From: Candidatus Doudnabacteria bacterium
Lineage (GTDB): Bacteria; Patescibacteriota; Doudnabacteria; UBA920
Assembly: GCA_016788665.1 (NCBI GenBank)
Contig: JAEUSF010000001.1
Location: forward strand, 129,137 to 193,136
Direction of reading: 5' to 3'
DNA: 64,000 nucleotides
The notes below the pieces were generated by a model. That model was not told the DNA's origin. It searched no databases and saw only the letters and a list, made by a program, of their open reading frames with translations. The translations under genes and the position numbers were made by a program. Shown here in pieces: positions 50,699 to 64,000 of the stretch (position 1 is the stretch's first letter; each line of letters opens with the position of its first letter).

Positions 50699-51472
50699 AT
50701 GACACCTCCTATTATTTCTCAAGAAACAAAAGAAGCAAATTTTGAAGCCATTGCGCCTTTAAAGCAAGAACCTGTTTTATTAAGAACTAAAACTGTAAAA
50801 GCAAAATCTCATGTGGGAGTATTTCTTGTTTTGCTTGCGGTAGCCTTGGGTTGTGCGTATTGGTTTTATAATGAGAACCAAACATTAAAAGCTAAGGTGG
50901 CAGAGCTAGAGGGTAAAATAATAACCGCTCAAAATTCAGTTTCTTTAGACGGCTTAAGTCCTGTAGAAAAATTAAATAAGCATATGCTTTTGCCCCAAGC
51001 TCAGAGTGCTCAGGTGGTAACCATAGAAAATTCTAAAGATTTAAAGCAGAGCGATACTTTTTATGAGTATGCAGAAAATGGCGACTTGCTTATTCAATTT
51101 CCTAATTTGGAAATAATTTATAATAATACTGCCGACGTTATAATTAATGCTCGCACGAAGAATACTGGCCAGGTAGCAGGGGCCGAGGCGCGGGCTTTGC
51201 AGGGTGCTTTGAATTTAGAAATTAGGAATGGTGCGGGGGTTGCTGGTTTGGCTGGTAAGACTGCCGCAACTTTTTCGGGAGTGAAAGAATATGTGGTGAA
51301 GTCGGTGGGCAATGCTGCCAGGGGTGACTATTCAAAAACAGTTATAGTAAATTTGAGTGGAAAAGATGTTTCGGGTTTGGAAAAACAGTTTAACACCCAG
51401 GCTGTGACCGTTTTGCCATCAGGCGAGAGTGTTTCAGAAGCAGATGTAGTAATTATTATGGGAAAGCAGTAA
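50699..51472 (+). CDS. membrane-anchored LytR_C-domain protein
   Basis: single TM then LNLEIRNGAGVAGLAGKTA...VIVNLSG LytR_C-like. Confidence 0.45.
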   Translation: MTPPIISQETKEANFEAIAPLKQEPVLLRTKTVKAKSHVGVFLVLLAVALGCAYWFYNENQTLKAKVAELEGKIITAQNSVSLDGLSPVEKLNKHMLLPQAQSAQVVTIENSKDLKQSDTFYEYAENGDLLIQFPNLEIIYNNTADVIINARTKNTGQVAGAEARALQGALNLEIRNGAGVAGLAGKTAATFSGVKEYVVKSVGNAARGDYSKTVIVNLSGKDVSGLEKQFNTQAVTVLPSGESVSEADVVIIMGKQ

Positions 51473-51634
51473 GTTGTTTTTAAGTCATATATCTTACTAT
51501 TTTGGTTGGTATTCAAATAAAACCTGAGTTTTATGCTTTCCTGTGTATTTCCTGGGGATTTACTGTGAAAATTTACCATCCGTCTCCTTATAAATAAGCC
51601 AATATATTTTCTCTGTTTTTTTATGGAACTAGGC

Positions 51635-51663
51635 TTGACAGAGAATGAAATATGCATTAATAT
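51635..51663 (+). promoter_or_regulatory. consensus sigma70-like promoter (TTGACA-17-TAATAT)
   Basis: exact -35 and near-exact -10 with 17-nt spacer. Confidence 0.5.
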
Positions 51664-51776
51664 ATTTAGTACGAGTTAGCGCAAGCATTATTTTAAAAAT
51701 ATTATGGTTCTGACCAAATTATCCTTAAACAAACAGCGGTTTATGTAACTGGCCATATTAGCATGTGCCTGTACAT

Positions 51777-51798
51777 ATCCGCCGCCGGCGGATTTTTT
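51777..51798 (+). terminator. GC hairpin atccgccg-c-cggcggat plus 6 T
   Basis: perfect 8-bp stem then TTTTTT, about 115 nt after the promoter at 51635. Confidence 0.5.
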
Positions 51799-52102
51799 GT
51801 TCTCAGAAATAATTTTCACTATTTATATACTGCTCACAGATCACAGCCTTTCCATTATTACTTAGGGAATCAGGCAACTAGATCGTCAGGGGCAGTAGCT
51901 AAATGGTGATAATTCTAAAATCAGTTACGGAAAGAATTCTCATCTGTACTTTAAAAATCGAATACTAAATTATCGTATTCAACCAAACGATAATTTATGG
52001 GTAAATCTATTTAATTTTTTGTAAGTTAAATAGAATTGTAAGAAAACGAAAGAACATTGTAGTCCAGAAAATTTTTTTTAAAGAAAATTTTGACGGGACA
52101 TA

Positions 52103-55958
<3,856 letters not shown>

Positions 55959-56112
55959 TAATAACTTCTTTTTAAGAAGTAGTCCTGTCAAAATTTTCTT
56001 TCGAAAAAGTAAACACAGATCTTAGATAGCACAGATACACCGATTATATTTAGGTTGCATATTGGATGGTTATGCTTTATGTATAACCCATCCACCTCGC
56101 CCTTTTTAAAAA

Positions 56113-56232
56113 GGGCGAGGTGGGTGACATTTCCGGTGTGGTACGACCCGATCCCATCCCGAACTCGGAAGTCAAACACGCCAGGGCCAATGATACTACC
56201 GCGCATGCGGCAGGGAAAGTAGGTAGTTGCCC
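56113..56232 (+). rRNA. rrf: 5S ribosomal RNA
   Basis: CCGATCCCATCCCGAACTCGGAAGTCAAAC loop C/helix III consensus; termini pair; processing hairpin 56094-56125. Confidence 0.7.
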
Positions 56233-56341
56233 TTTATATGTTAAACCGCTCTTTAAACAGAGCGGTTTTTCTATTGGAAAAATTCATAGTTGGTTCATAT
56301 AAGTCTGCAAGTCTTATGTAGTTAGATAACAAGGAGGACTT

Positions 56342-57016
56342 ATGGAGTTGCCAAAGTTTGTGCCTATGCGCCCAAAGGAGCCGAAAGGTCCGGAGTACGC
56401 TTCTAGATTTTTAGGGTTATGCAAAGATAACGACTGGGTTCTTGAATGTAAATATGATGGTGTGCGTTGTATGATGCACTATCAGAACGGAGAAGTTAGA
56501 CTGCTTTGTCAGCGAGAAAGTTATTTTTCAGGTTTGTCCGAAGTAGAGGCCAGGGTAAAGAAAGTAGTGGACTTAACTAATGTAGGGAGTTTGGTTTTAG
56601 ACTGCGAGCTGGTTAGTTTTGGTTCAAATAATCTACCCGATTATGATTTGTTGTTAAATGGGCAGGGAAGACGGAGCCTTGTGGTGTTTGACCTGCTTTA
56701 TGCGGGGGAACAAGATTTCAGTAGCGTAAGATTCATGCAGAGGAAGTTTACTTTAAGTGAAATTTACGAAAAACTTTTGCTGACAGGAGGGAGGGAAATA
56801 CTTCGTTTGGCAGAAGCTTACTGGGGGGCAGAAGCTAAGCTTGAGGCGTATGTAAAAGTCAGGCGCGAGAGGCGCGAGGGAGTTTTGTTTAAGCATAAGA
56901 AAAGTGTGTATAACGACACGGTGCTTCCTTGGTGGAAAATTGTCAACCCTGACTATAAAGGAGTGTTGAGGCAAAGAGCCCTAAACTTTGTTCGGCTTAC
57001 AAAACAGCGTCCTTAA
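56342..57016 (+). CDS. minimal ATP-dependent DNA ligase (nucleotidyltransferase domain only)
   Basis: motif I KYDGVR, motif III LVLDCELV, motif IV VVFDLLY, motif V LFKHKKSVY; 224 aa, no OB domain. Confidence 0.65.
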   Translation: MELPKFVPMRPKEPKGPEYASRFLGLCKDNDWVLECKYDGVRCMMHYQNGEVRLLCQRESYFSGLSEVEARVKKVVDLTNVGSLVLDCELVSFGSNNLPDYDLLLNGQGRRSLVVFDLLYAGEQDFSSVRFMQRKFTLSEIYEKLLLTGGREILRLAEAYWGAEAKLEAYVKVRRERREGVLFKHKKSVYNDTVLPWWKIVNPDYKGVLRQRALNFVRLTKQRP

Positions 57017-57096
57017 AGGTCCGTTGTTTTTTAATGTTATAATTAACTAGGATGACTATGAAATGTTAACTTCTAAGTAAAAGCAATGCTTATTGT

Positions 57097-57654
57097 ATGG
57101 AAATATTTTTGCTAGTATTTTTGTCGTTTTTTTTACTATTCACCTGCTTTTTGCTGTTTATAATTTCGAGTGCTTTTATTGGATTTGTTCGTACCAGAGT
57201 GCCTTTTGTCCCTACTAGCGACGCTGACGTAGAGTTTTTGGTGAAGGAACTAGGTATAAGGAATCAAGACGTTTTTTATGAATTGGGTAGTGGAAATGGC
57301 AAGGTTTGTTTTGCTGTTACCAGGCAGACGGGGGCAAAGACCGTAGGCTATGAACTGACCCGCTGGACACATTTATGGGCAGTAGTAAAATCAAAATTTA
57401 AAAATCGTCCGCCAGTTGGCGGATCAAAAATCCAATTTAAAAGGAAAGATTTTTTTAAGGAAGACTGGTCTCAGGCGACGGTTATATATGGGTACTTATA
57501 TCCTCCGCTCATGAGCAGGGTTAAGGAGAAATTTTTGAACGAGTGTAAGCCGGGTACAAAAGCAATTATGCGGGACTTCTTTTTGCCCAACCTAGAGCCG
57601 AATGCGGTATATAAACGGCCCAATGACCATGAAATTTATGTTTATATAAAGTAA
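57097..57654 (+). CDS. membrane-anchored putative SAM-dependent methyltransferase
   Basis: N-terminal TM, DVFYELGSGNGKV motif I-like. Confidence 0.45.
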   Translation: MEIFLLVFLSFFLLFTCFLLFIISSAFIGFVRTRVPFVPTSDADVEFLVKELGIRNQDVFYELGSGNGKVCFAVTRQTGAKTVGYELTRWTHLWAVVKSKFKNRPPVGGSKIQFKRKDFFKEDWSQATVIYGYLYPPLMSRVKEKFLNECKPGTKAIMRDFFLPNLEPNAVYKRPNDHEIYVYIK

Positions 57655-57785
57655 ATTTGTTGTTGCAGAATAATTTCAAATAAAATGGTTATAAAAAGCC
57701 CAGTAAAATTGGGCTTTTTATAATTTTTGGAAAAATTGTAGAAAAAAACTTGACATAATATTTTATAAGGCTTAATATAAATATT

Positions 57786-58538
57786 ATGCAAATTCAGGTT
57801 ATCTTAAAACGTTTTGGTTTAAGCGAAAAGGAAATATGCGTTTATTTAGCATTGGTTGAGTTGGGTCCTTCCTCTGTTCGAAACATTGCTTTAAAGTCTA
57901 AGGTTAACCGAGGAACTACCTATGATATTTTAAAGGCTCTAATAGCACTAGGTGTTGTGGCTTACTATAATAAAGAATCAAAACAATACTTTGCTGCTGA
58001 ACCTCCAGAAAATTTATTGTTGGCAATAAAACAAAAACAAGCAGAGTTGACTGAAATAAAAGAAGACGTAGAAGCAAATTTGCCACTCTTAAGAACATTG
58101 TTTGAAAAACAAGGTGGTAAACCCGTGGTAAAGTTTTATGAGGGAGTAAAAGGTATAAGTATTATTTTAAAGGACGTATTGGAAGAAGTTTCTAAGTCTG
58201 CCCATAAAAGTTATTGTTTGTATTCTTCTGCTACCGAGGAGCATAGAAAAAATATTTATGGAGCTATGCCAGATTTTAGCAAAAAGAGAATAGCAAAAAA
58301 AATCAGTGTAAAAATTATTTCTTTAGGGCAAGGCGGAAAGTTGGCGGGGTTGGACGAAAGAAAACAAATGCCGAATGTTGCTGCTGAGCTAAAGTCCACT
58401 CATGAAATCATTTACGGACACAAGGTGGCACATTTGAGTTTAGACGAAAGCGGTACTCCTATTGGAGTTGTGATTCATAATCAGGCAATTGCAGAAATGC
58501 AAAAAAGTGTTTTTGAATTCAATTGGAAAAAACTATAA
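57786..58538 (+). CDS. TrmB-family HTH transcriptional regulator
   Basis: N-terminal LSEKEICVYLALVELGPSSVRNIALKSKVNRGTTYDILKAL. Confidence 0.55.
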   Translation: MQIQVILKRFGLSEKEICVYLALVELGPSSVRNIALKSKVNRGTTYDILKALIALGVVAYYNKESKQYFAAEPPENLLLAIKQKQAELTEIKEDVEANLPLLRTLFEKQGGKPVVKFYEGVKGISIILKDVLEEVSKSAHKSYCLYSSATEEHRKNIYGAMPDFSKKRIAKKISVKIISLGQGGKLAGLDERKQMPNVAAELKSTHEIIYGHKVAHLSLDESGTPIGVVIHNQAIAEMQKSVFEFNWKKL

Positions 58539-58610
58539 TTTAACTTGTAAGTAGTAACTTGTAAAGTTTTAGCTAACTTACCACTTACTAACTTATAACT
58601 TACTACTTTT

Positions 58611-60455
58611 ATGTGTGGAATCGTCGGATATGTAGGAAAAAAAGAAGCTTTGCCTGTTTTGCTGCAGGGGCTTAGGGATTTAGAATACAGGGGCTATGAC
58701 AGCGCTGGTATAGCGGTTTTAAACCAAGGTAAAATTTTTAGGGTGAGGGAAGTTGGGAAAGTTGATAACTTAGTTAATAAGCTTAAAGGAAAAACTTTAG
58801 AAGGTTCAGTAGGGATAGCGCATACTAGGTGGGCGACTCATGGAGGTGTAACAGAAAAAAATGCCCATCCTCATTTTGGCAGCAGTTCTTTAGGTGAACC
58901 TGAGGTAGAGGGTAAGTTGGCTTTGGTGCACAATGGAATTATTGAAAATTATCGGGAAATAAAAAAACAGCTTAAGGATCAAAATTTTTCTTCCGAAACT
59001 GATTCTGAAGTTTTAGCTAAGCTAATTTATGAAAACTATGAAGGCGATTTGGTGAAGGCTGTAAAAAAGTCTCTACCCAGAGTCAGGGGTACATATGGTG
59101 TGGCAGTTATGCATCAGGATAACCCGAATTTAATCGTCGCTGCCCGCTTGGGTAGTCCTTTGGTTGTTGGTATGGGCCAGAATGAATATTATCTAGCTAG
59201 CGATGTAACCCCCATGCTGCCTTATACAAAAAGGGTAAGTTATTTAGACGACGGTGAAGTGGCGGAAATTTCTACGGCTGGAGTTAAGATTTCCAATTTA
59301 AAAGATGAAGTGGTTAAGAAGGACATTACCCGCATAGAGTGGGACAAGGAACAGGCACAAAAAAACGGCTTTCCTTCCTTTATGCTTAAAGAAATTTTTG
59401 ACCAACCAATAGTTTTTGAGGACGCAATCCGCGGACGTTTTAACATGCAAGAAGGTACGGCAATTTTAGGTGGGCTGAATATGACGGAAGAGGAAAAGAG
59501 GGATGTAAAGCGCGTGGTCATAGTAGCGGAAGGTACGGCCAGGCACGCTGGGCTTATTGCTAAGTATGCGTTTGAAAGGTTGGCGAATTTGCCTTGTGAA
59601 GTGGATTCTTCTTCAGAATTTCGTTACCGGGATCCGGTGGTGAATGAGTCTACTTTGGTTTTTGCAATTTCGCAGTCTGGTGAAACTGTAGATACTCTTT
59701 TAGCTATACGTGAGGCTAAGAGAAAAGGCGCGAAGGTGCGTGGGGTGGTTAATGTGGTGGGTTCGACAATTGCTCGTGAAACCGGAGCTGGAACTTATAT
59801 CCATGCAGGACCTGAACTCTCCGTGGCTTCTACTAAGGCATTTACCAATATGGTTACTGTTTTGCTTTTGTACGCTTTGGAGTTTGGCAGAATAAAGCAA
59901 ACCAGCCCTGCTACTGGACAAAGGCTCTTGCAGGCGCTTTTAGAAATACCGGAAAAAATGCATAGCATTTTAAAACAGAGCGAGCAAATAAAAGAAATTG
60001 CAAAAGTTTATGCAAAGTATCAAAGTATAATTTTTATTGGCCGCGGCGTAAATTTCCCGGTTGCATTGGAAGGGGCTTTGAAGCTCAAAGAGATTTCTTA
60101 TATTCATGCGGAAGGTATGTCTGGAGGGGAATTGAAGCATGGTCCTTTAGCTTTGGTTTCTAAAGATTTGCCTGTAATTGCAGTTTTAACTCAGGATCAG
60201 TTATACGAAAAAATGAAAAGCAGCGTAGCGGAAGTAAAAGCGCGCGGAGCGAGAACTTTAATTATTGCGAATGAGGGCGACGAAGAGGTAAGGGATCTGG
60301 CAGATGAAATAATTTATGTACCCAAAACAATGGAATTGCTTGAACCGCTTTTAAATACAATTCCTTTGCAGTTATTTGCTTACCACATGGCCGTGATTTT
60401 AGGAAAAGATGTAGACAGGCCGAGGAATTTGGCTAAGTCGGTAACGGTTGAATAG
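58611..60455 (+). CDS. glmS: glutamine--fructose-6-phosphate aminotransferase
   Basis: MCGIVGY N-terminal nucleophile, two SIS domains, C-terminal KSVTVE. Confidence 0.9.
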   Translation: MCGIVGYVGKKEALPVLLQGLRDLEYRGYDSAGIAVLNQGKIFRVREVGKVDNLVNKLKGKTLEGSVGIAHTRWATHGGVTEKNAHPHFGSSSLGEPEVEGKLALVHNGIIENYREIKKQLKDQNFSSETDSEVLAKLIYENYEGDLVKAVKKSLPRVRGTYGVAVMHQDNPNLIVAARLGSPLVVGMGQNEYYLASDVTPMLPYTKRVSYLDDGEVAEISTAGVKISNLKDEVVKKDITRIEWDKEQAQKNGFPSFMLKEIFDQPIVFEDAIRGRFNMQEGTAILGGLNMTEEEKRDVKRVVIVAEGTARHAGLIAKYAFERLANLPCEVDSSSEFRYRDPVVNESTLVFAISQSGETVDTLLAIREAKRKGAKVRGVVNVVGSTIARETGAGTYIHAGPELSVASTKAFTNMVTVLLLYALEFGRIKQTSPATGQRLLQALLEIPEKMHSILKQSEQIKEIAKVYAKYQSIIFIGRGVNFPVALEGALKLKEISYIHAEGMSGGELKHGPLALVSKDLPVIAVLTQDQLYEKMKSSVAEVKARGARTLIIANEGDEEVRDLADEIIYVPKTMELLEPLLNTIPLQLFAYHMAVILGKDVDRPRNLAKSVTVE

Positions 60456-60526
60456 AAATATTTGATTTAAGATATATGATTTATGATGTTTGAAGAAAAT
60501 AAAAAAACTAGCCGAGAAAAAAAGTT

Positions 60527-60754
60527 TTAGGCTAGTTCGACACTGAGCAGTTTGCTGCTGTATCGGTTGAAGATCGTGTTGGGCTGGCGGGTTTCTACAC
60601 CCTGTGCTGTGATCGTGTAGTGGGTAACGGTAAAGTCACAGTTGGTGACGTTTGCCAAAATGCCGGTGTGGGTAACGTAGTTTTCGTCCCTTGTTTGGAC
60701 GAATTTGATGCGTACCCTTTTGCTCATCCAGTCCTCAAGTTTTGGGTTGGCCAT
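60527..60754 (-). CDS. hypothetical small protein (GC-rich)
   Basis: SD aaggag 6 nt before ATG (MANPKLEDW...); 75 aa. Confidence 0.35.
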   Translation of the reverse strand: MANPKLEDWMSKRVRIKFVQTRDENYVTHTGILANVTNCDFTVTHYTITAQGVETRQPNTIFNRYSSKLLSVELA

Positions 60755-60877
60755 TGCACACTCCTTGGTTGCCTCGCCTTTGGCAAGGGCGTATATGACC
60801 ATTAATTCTACCAATATCTGTAGACTTTGTAAATAGTTTAAGCGTTAGAATATTAAAGTATTGAAAATTTTAAATTT

Positions 60878-62065
60878 ATGAAGGCATTAATTTTTGATAA
60901 AAGTAAAACTGCTTGGGAAGAGTCTAAGGGCTTTGAGTTGGTAGATATTCCAAAGCCGGTGTTGAACAAGGGCGATGAAGATAAAATAATTTTAAAAGTG
61001 CGTTTCGCTGGTGTGTGCGGAACTGACAAGGGCATTTGGCATAGAATGGCTTTTAAGGACGCGATTTTGAATTCTATTGACCACGAGGCGACGCAAATAT
61101 ACGAACTGCACGCGAATGATGCAAATAAAAAAACATATAGGGTTATTGGGCATGAGTTTTTTGGTGAGGTTATAGAAAAAGGATCAAATGTAAAAGATAT
61201 TGAAATTGGCGATATGGTTTCTTGTGAGTCACATGTAGTTTGTAACAAGTGCTTTCAGTGTTTAAACGGACAGAAGGAAGTTTGTACTAATGAAAAAATC
61301 TTAGGCATAAGCGTGGACGGCGGTTTTGCAGAATATGCAAAAGTGCCAGCTCAAGTAGCATGGAAAACTGACGTAAGTAAAATTCGCCCGGAAATTGCTG
61401 CCATGCAGGAGCCTTTTGGCAATGCCGTGCACGCAGCTAGTAAGGTTGACTTAAAAGGTAAAACCGTGGCAATTTTTGGCCTTGGACCCATAGCTCAATT
61501 TTTAGTGCTTATAGCCCAGGGGCTTGGAGCAAAAACAATTATCGGCGTTGAACCGAACGAGAAAGCTGCCGAAATGGGAAAGAAAATGGGAATAGATCAT
61601 ATGATTAGAATTAAGAATGAAGAATTAGGAATTAAGAATGGGCCTGCACATAAACATAACCAGGTAGTATTTAATGAGATAATGCAATTAACACAAGGAC
61701 TTGGGGTGGATGTCGCGTTCGAAATGGCAGGGTTTAACGACTCGGTTAATAATGCAATATCTTCAGTCAGGCGAGGTGGGGACGTTATTTTGTTTGGTTT
61801 AAAGACTGGAGACTTTATGCTGGAAGATTACAATAAGCTTATTATGAAAGGCGTGACTTTACATTGTGTGGCAGGTAGGCAAATTTGGCAGACTTGGGAG
61901 ATTACTAAAAAGTTACTAGAAAATACTGAAAATAAAATACAGGAAAAGTTATGGTCGGTTTTGTTAAATGAAGGCGAAGGGACAATTTTAAATATTGCGG
62001 ATTATAGTAAAGAAAATTTTGAAGAAATGATGACAAAGAATCCAAAGTTTTTAATTAAATTCTAA
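60878..62065 (+). CDS. tdh: zinc-dependent L-threonine 3-dehydrogenase-like alcohol dehydrogenase
   Basis: GVCGTDKGIWH zinc motif, GHEFFGEV, Rossmann GLGPIAQ; kbl immediately downstream. Confidence 0.75.
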   Translation: MKALIFDKSKTAWEESKGFELVDIPKPVLNKGDEDKIILKVRFAGVCGTDKGIWHRMAFKDAILNSIDHEATQIYELHANDANKKTYRVIGHEFFGEVIEKGSNVKDIEIGDMVSCESHVVCNKCFQCLNGQKEVCTNEKILGISVDGGFAEYAKVPAQVAWKTDVSKIRPEIAAMQEPFGNAVHAASKVDLKGKTVAIFGLGPIAQFLVLIAQGLGAKTIIGVEPNEKAAEMGKKMGIDHMIRIKNEELGIKNGPAHKHNQVVFNEIMQLTQGLGVDVAFEMAGFNDSVNNAISSVRRGGDVILFGLKTGDFMLEDYNKLIMKGVTLHCVAGRQIWQTWEITKKLLENTENKIQEKLWSVLLNEGEGTILNIADYSKENFEEMMTKNPKFLIKF

Positions 62066-62085
62066 AAGGTTAAGGAGTACAGATT

Positions 62086-62121
62086 ATGTTACGGATATGC
62101 GGATCCGTATATCCGTAACAT
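62086..62121. repeat. 36-bp near-perfect palindrome atgttacggatatGCGGATCCGTAtatccgtaacat between tdh and kbl
   Basis: 13-bp perfect arms; contains GCGGAT/ATCCG cores of the dispersed motif family. Confidence 0.7.
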
Positions 62122-62139
62122 ATCAGTAATCTATAAGCT

Positions 62140-63372
62140 ATGTATACAAACTATAAACAACAATTTGAAAACGAGCTTAAAGAAATTAAAGATAGCGGTA
62201 TGTGGAAAGAGGTTGGGGTTATGGAAGGAAAGCAAGGAGCGGAAATTAGTGTGGGCGGAAAGACTTTGTTAAATTTTTGTGCCAATAATTATTTAGGTTT
62301 GGCTTCTTCGGATGAATTGGCAAAGGCTGCAAAAGAAGGTATTGACCAGTATGGCTTTGGTGAGGCTTCGGTTAGGTTCATTGTGGGTACATCTTTGGTT
62401 CACAAAAATTTAGAAACCGAAATTTCAAATTTTTTTGGAACCGAAGATTCAATAACTTACACTTCTGCGTTTGATGCTAATACAGGACTTTTTGAAACTA
62501 TTTTAAAAGAGGGTGATGCTGTATTTAGCGACGAGCTTAATCATGCGAGTATTATAGATGGTATTAGGCTGTGTAAAGCAGAACGGTTTAGGTATAAAAA
62601 TTCTGACATGGAGGATTTGGAAGCAAAACTGCTTGAATTTCGTGCGCGAATTGATGCAGAAGATGCAACCGCTGCGGCATCACGCGGAAGAAAACCCAGG
62701 CTTTTAATAGCAACAGATGGGGTATTTAGCATGGACGGAATTACGGCAAAAATTGAACAGATTTGTAACTTGGCGGAGAAATATGAAGCCATGGTTATGG
62801 TAGATGACTCACATGCTTCGGGGGTGTTAGGAAAGCGAGGCCGCGGGAGTGTAGAAGGTTTAATAGATAGGATAGATATTGTTACGTCTACATTTGGCAA
62901 AGCTTTAGGTGGCGCGGGCGGTGGGTTTGCTACAGGCAGGAAGGAAATAATTCAGGTTTTACACCAAAGAAGTCGTACAACACTCTTTTCTAATTCTTTG
63001 CCACCTATGATAGCCAGTGCCGCTCTTTATGTACTAAAAAATTACGACTCTAAATTTGACCAGTACAGGCAAAAATTAATTGACAATACAGTGTACTTTA
63101 GGACGGCCATGGAAAAACTAGGGTTTACTTTGGGAGGCGATGGTAAGCATCCAATAACTCCGGTTATGCTTATGGAAGAAAAAATTGCCTCAGAAATGGC
63201 AAAAGCATTATTTGAAAAAGGGATTTACGTTCGGGGTTTTACATATCCTGTTGTGCCTAAAGGTAAGGCGCGTATTCGAGTTCAGATTTCTGCCGCTCAT
63301 ACAAATGAGCAAATGGATACAGCTATAAATGCGTTTGAAGAAGTTGGCAAAAACATGCTAATTTTAAATTAG
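62140..63372 (+). CDS. kbl: glycine C-acetyltransferase (2-amino-3-ketobutyrate CoA ligase)
   Basis: PLP-dependent AOS family, 410 aa. Confidence 0.85.
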   Translation: MYTNYKQQFENELKEIKDSGMWKEVGVMEGKQGAEISVGGKTLLNFCANNYLGLASSDELAKAAKEGIDQYGFGEASVRFIVGTSLVHKNLETEISNFFGTEDSITYTSAFDANTGLFETILKEGDAVFSDELNHASIIDGIRLCKAERFRYKNSDMEDLEAKLLEFRARIDAEDATAAASRGRKPRLLIATDGVFSMDGITAKIEQICNLAEKYEAMVMVDDSHASGVLGKRGRGSVEGLIDRIDIVTSTFGKALGGAGGGFATGRKEIIQVLHQRSRTTLFSNSLPPMIASAALYVLKNYDSKFDQYRQKLIDNTVYFRTAMEKLGFTLGGDGKHPITPVMLMEEKIASEMAKALFEKGIYVRGFTYPVVPKGKARIRVQISAAHTNEQMDTAINAFEEVGKNMLILN

Positions 63373-63405
63373 TAAAATAGTACAATAGTTTATACTATTA
63401 AACTA

Positions 63406-63960
63406 TTGTACTTGGAGAAATTTATGGCAAAATTTCCAAGAAAACCTAAATTAGATAAAAGGCAAACACAGGATTTAATTATAGATTTTTGTGAAGCGAT
63501 TGCTGCAACAAAAAATAGTCAGGAAGCCGCTCAGTTATTAACTGATTTATTGGGAAAGCAGGAATTGGAGATGCTGGCACGAAGGCTAAAAGTAGCGGAG
63601 TTATTGTTGCAAGGTTATATTTATGACGATATTCAAAAGCTGTTAAAAATGAGCCGGGCAACTATTGCCAGAGTTCAATCCTGGCTACAGAACTCTGGGG
63701 AAGGTTATAGGTTAGTTATAGAGAGAACTAAAGGAAGCAGGCAGACTAGGTGGGAGAATGAGAAACCATTTAAATTAAGTGGTATGAAAAAGAAGTATCC
63801 AATGTACTATTGGCCTCAAATAGTTTTGGAATACTGGGTAAAAAATTCATCCCAGAAGCATAAAAGGGAGATGCTCAAGCTTATTTCAAAAATTGAAGAA
63901 AAGCCAAAAATTTATAAAGAACTAGAAACGTTATTAAAAGAAGGTAGAAAAGTACCATAG
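63406..63960 (+). CDS. TrpR/YerC-like DNA-binding domain protein with C-terminal extension
   Basis: ELEMLARRLKVAELLLQGYIYDDIQKLLKMSRATIARV matches YerC/YecD pattern. Confidence 0.4.
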   Translation: MYLEKFMAKFPRKPKLDKRQTQDLIIDFCEAIAATKNSQEAAQLLTDLLGKQELEMLARRLKVAELLLQGYIYDDIQKLLKMSRATIARVQSWLQNSGEGYRLVIERTKGSRQTRWENEKPFKLSGMKKKYPMYYWPQIVLEYWVKNSSQKHKREMLKLISKIEEKPKIYKELETLLKEGRKVP

Positions 63961-64000
63961 TTCAGACTATTGAACTATTTACCGGGTTTAAATTTTATGA

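Noticed and set aside
58539-58610. glmS ribozyme upstream of glmS
   Set aside because: The leader is only about 70 nt and lacks the conserved glmS ribozyme core. It contains an imperfect AT-rich inverted repeat (aacttgtaagtagtaacttg...cttaccacttactaactta) whose role is unknown.

Overview
This 64 kb window is an AT-rich (about 40% GC by eye) bacterial chromosome segment, read mostly on the + strand. My inference is that it comes from a small-genome, Candidate-Phyla-Radiation/Patescibacteria-like organism. That rests on unlinked rRNA genes, an intron-bearing and expansion-rich 23S, many type IV pilin genes and frequent ATGA start/stop overlaps.

The housekeeping genes I can support are an RluA-family pseudouridine synthase, rplS, sodA, the rny-ymdB pair, yraN, nusA, clpP, a DnaQ-like exonuclease, an IMPDH-family enzyme, guaA, ligA, glmS and a tdh-kbl pair.

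The RNA genes are a stand-alone 16S rRNA (about 11706-13168) with its own terminator, a 23S (about 52103-55958) plus 5S (about 56113-56232) roughly 39 kb away, and free-standing tRNA-Ile(GAT) and tRNA-Ala(TGC) on the minus strand. The 23S carries a roughly 507-nt insertion at the E. coli U2500 site that looks like an ORF-less group I intron.

Other systems in the window:
- A Fur-family regulator (probably Zur) sits between two near-identical copies of a promoter-embedded palindrome, AATGCAA-N5-TTGCATT. One copy heads an operon of a methyltransferase, a secreted tail-fibre-like protein with an S74 intramolecular-chaperone domain, a ZIP metal transporter and a YibE/F membrane protein.
- A large type IV pilus locus (pilM, pilN, pilO, pilB, a degenerate receiver domain, pilT, pilC, major pilin, a Wzy_C/TPR membrane protein, pilD, three minor pilins, a LamG-domain tip-like protein), plus a second pilin paralog next to clpP.
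- An AT-rich candidate defence island at 25.6-29.2 kb: an M.EcoRI-family N6-adenine methyltransferase, a 152-aa unknown protein and a DUF262(ParB-like)-HNH nuclease joined by ATGA overlaps, followed by a NYN-domain protein and preceded by a PIF1-like helicase.
- A 296-bp GIY-YIG endonuclease cassette flanked by 28-bp direct repeats that duplicate the 5' end of tRNA-Ala.

I also see a dispersed family of GC-rich motifs built on ATCCGCG/CGCGGAT cores in at least seven intergenic regions, a minimal ATP-dependent DNA ligase next to the 5S, an RRM-type glycine-rich RNA-binding protein, and a few GC-rich compositional outlier ORFs. I found no CRISPR array, IS element or prophage.
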